Of a DNA stretch of 64,000 nucleotides, positions 61,905 to 64,000 are shown piece by piece; within the stretch, counting starts at the first letter, position 1, and every line of letters starts with the position of its first letter. The DNA lies in the NCBI GenBank assembly GCA_030390025.1, contig CM059436.1, forward strand, positions 39,370,001 to 39,434,000, in the 5' to 3' direction. The notes under the pieces are model-generated. The model was not told the DNA's origin and did no database searches. It worked only from the letters and a program-made list of their open reading frames with translations. Both the position numbers and the translations under genes were made by a program. This DNA comes from Squalus acanthias. Its lineage: Eukaryota.

Positions 61905-64000
61905 TCTTCACTGATTTACACATCAGATTCACTTCCTGAACAACTTCAGCACCAGCCACAATGCCCCTTCCCTTTAAGTGGTGCAGGCTAGCTTTAACTG
62001 GTAACGATTTTGGGTCTCCTGCTGAAACGTGCAGCCAATCAACAGCATGGTTTGCGTTGGCTGCCTGCTGAAATCTTTGAAATGAGCAGGCAGCACGAAG
62101 TTGGCCTGCATTTCCTTGAACAGGCACGGGTTAATAGCGCATCATGATCCCCTCGCCCATTTTCAGGGGCTATCGAATTTAGGCCCCACCCCGCCCCCCA
62201 TGTCCTACCGTTCCTTGTGTTAATGTTGCACTTTAGGTTGCTGGACTACCTGGGCTAGGCAAAATAAGCCATAAATAGTTCTTTTGGGGAAAAAGTATGT
62301 TTGGACTGAAACATGTTAGTGATGGCAGTAAAAGTACAGAGTTACACTGAGCAATTCACAACAGGCATGTTCTAATGGATATAACTGGGAACTCCAAGTG
62401 AGGTACAAGGATGTCAGCATAATCTCCATCCTTCAAAACTCTTCTCTCCTCCCTGCCCATGGTAAAATTAAAATAAAGAATGCACTATGTGTAGCAAGAA
62501 CATAAGCCAAGTGATATGCAGCCTGCGCCGACCATCATGAACATTAGTGTGTTTCATGCCTGTCCCACTGAACTAGCGTATGGACCTAACCCAAAAGGAG
62601 CTGGCCTACTGATAAACAGACAAGCAGGACTATTATTCCAAATAATGAATCGTATAGTGCACCTTAGAGCTAATTTAATTGTGATTAACAACTGTTTACT
62701 TTAGGAAAGAAACATTTGTTTTCTTGTTCTAAGTATAAGTGCCTTTTAAAGAGTTACTGGCAGATATTTTTTGCCCTTCACACACTTAGATGCTTAGACT
62801 TATTCAGCTGACTGAAGTGCATCACTTCACCTATCCAAAAGTGCTAGACAAGCGCCGCTGGCATTAGCATCGCTGCTGAGGCCCACAGCAGAACTGGGGA
62901 GACTTTGGAGTTTCCACACACGTAAATGTCAATACAGTGCCTTCTCCATCATCAGCACTAAATTCACTTTGATGCCTCTTTTCTTCTCTCTATTGATCCC
63001 TTCATGAGAACGTAGATTTGTATCTGTTAATTAATGCATCCTGAAACAGCGTTTGTATTAATCAGTCAGATAAGAAAAATTGGATGCCTGCGCCCACATG
63101 ACAACCGTAAAAGTGCTGCCCTGATAAAATCATTGATAGGCCTCAATAAAAAAAAGTTCCTCCTTCCACTCAATAAACTAATCATCCTGCTTTTAATTAT
63201 TAGACTGAAGATGTGTGTAGATTGGGAATGTGTAAATCTAATTATTTACCAACAGCAGTGGCTGGGTAGGGTAAAAAAAAGCCTCATCACAGGAAGGTGC
63301 TGCAGGCCACACATACAGACCATCTGGTAATTCTGGAGGGGGGGAGGGGTGGTACTATGGGAGTATAACGAAAGAATGAGTCTTTTTCCGTTTCCCGGTA
63401 AATCAGATGTGAAATAGCGTTCCTGTTAGCGGGTTGTATCATTATTATAAAACATTCCTGAGGAATATTTTTCAGAATTTGAAAAGAGAGGGTCATCAGC
63501 ATTATCTAACAAAGAGACCATTTGGTAGCATGACGGCAAACTGCCAATCCCTTGTGTTATTTCTGAAGAGTTTAAATGGTGCAGACTTCAGATAAAAGTT
63601 GTTATATCAAAACTAGACAATCTGAACTTTTCAGAAATAGTATTGTTGAAAAAGAGCAAGATGAACAGGTATGTTCAATAATTCTGTTGCTATTGGTGAT
63701 GACTTAGGCTGTTGAAAGCTGTTACCATAATTTGTTACCTGCCCTCCTTTACCCACTCCCTTCAAATATGTGTGAACACACACATACTCACTTTGAAAGC
63801 ATGGTTAATCCCCTTTGATGATTTTATTAAGTGCTTTTGGTCGGCTCTGCCAACTGGCATTCCATTGCATGTCACTGGCAGGCCAGAAAAACCACCTCAA
63901 AAGCTGTAAACCGTTCTTTTCCTGTTAACAAGATTGTAGATCTTAACAGTGAGGAGATAATAAATTAGTACTGTAGTTGGTATAAACAATAGCCTGAAAG

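Larger units (their letters stand above)
56829..62186. mobile_element. Decayed autonomous-type PIF/Harbinger transposon (transposase plus convergent Myb/SANT gene) with a nested CR1
   Basis: Imperfect TIRs GGGCACAAAATT / AATTTAGGCCC; candidate 3-bp TSD CAC at 56826-56828 and 62187-62189; the two internal genes are listed below. Confidence 0.85.

Noticed and set aside
36535-64000. Next ESRRG LBD exon (expected to begin GFSTLSLADQMSLLQ-like)
   Set aside because: Not found by reading; the intron appears to extend beyond the window, and the 132-N gap seems too short to hold it.

Overview
AT-rich vertebrate genomic DNA; the repeat families point to a shark or other cartilaginous fish (inference). 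The whole window lies inside the estrogen-related receptor gamma gene (ESRRG/NR3B3, + strand). Four internal coding exons are visible: 6703-7115, 9635-9751, 33738-33848 and 36373-36534. They encode the AF-1/PDSM region, both C4 zinc fingers, the hinge and the start of the ligand-binding domain. No further ESRRG coding exons were seen. The introns contain: (i) a 2.5-kb Penelope-like retroelement (RT + GIY-YIG) with ~415-bp inverted terminal repeats, a 14-bp TSD and a minimal hammerhead-ribozyme motif in each arm; (ii) a ~5.4-kb decayed two-gene PIF/Harbinger transposon (DDE transposase plus a convergent, spliced Myb/SANT gene) interrupted by a CR1 LINE; (iii) several non-autonomous Harbinger-type elements with 3-bp TSDs, one carrying a nested CR1; (iv) CR1 fragments and tRNA/Deu-type SINEs; (v) a 132-N assembly gap; and (vi) motif-dense unique segments that may be conserved enhancers. 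Most other ORFs in the six-frame track are spurious.
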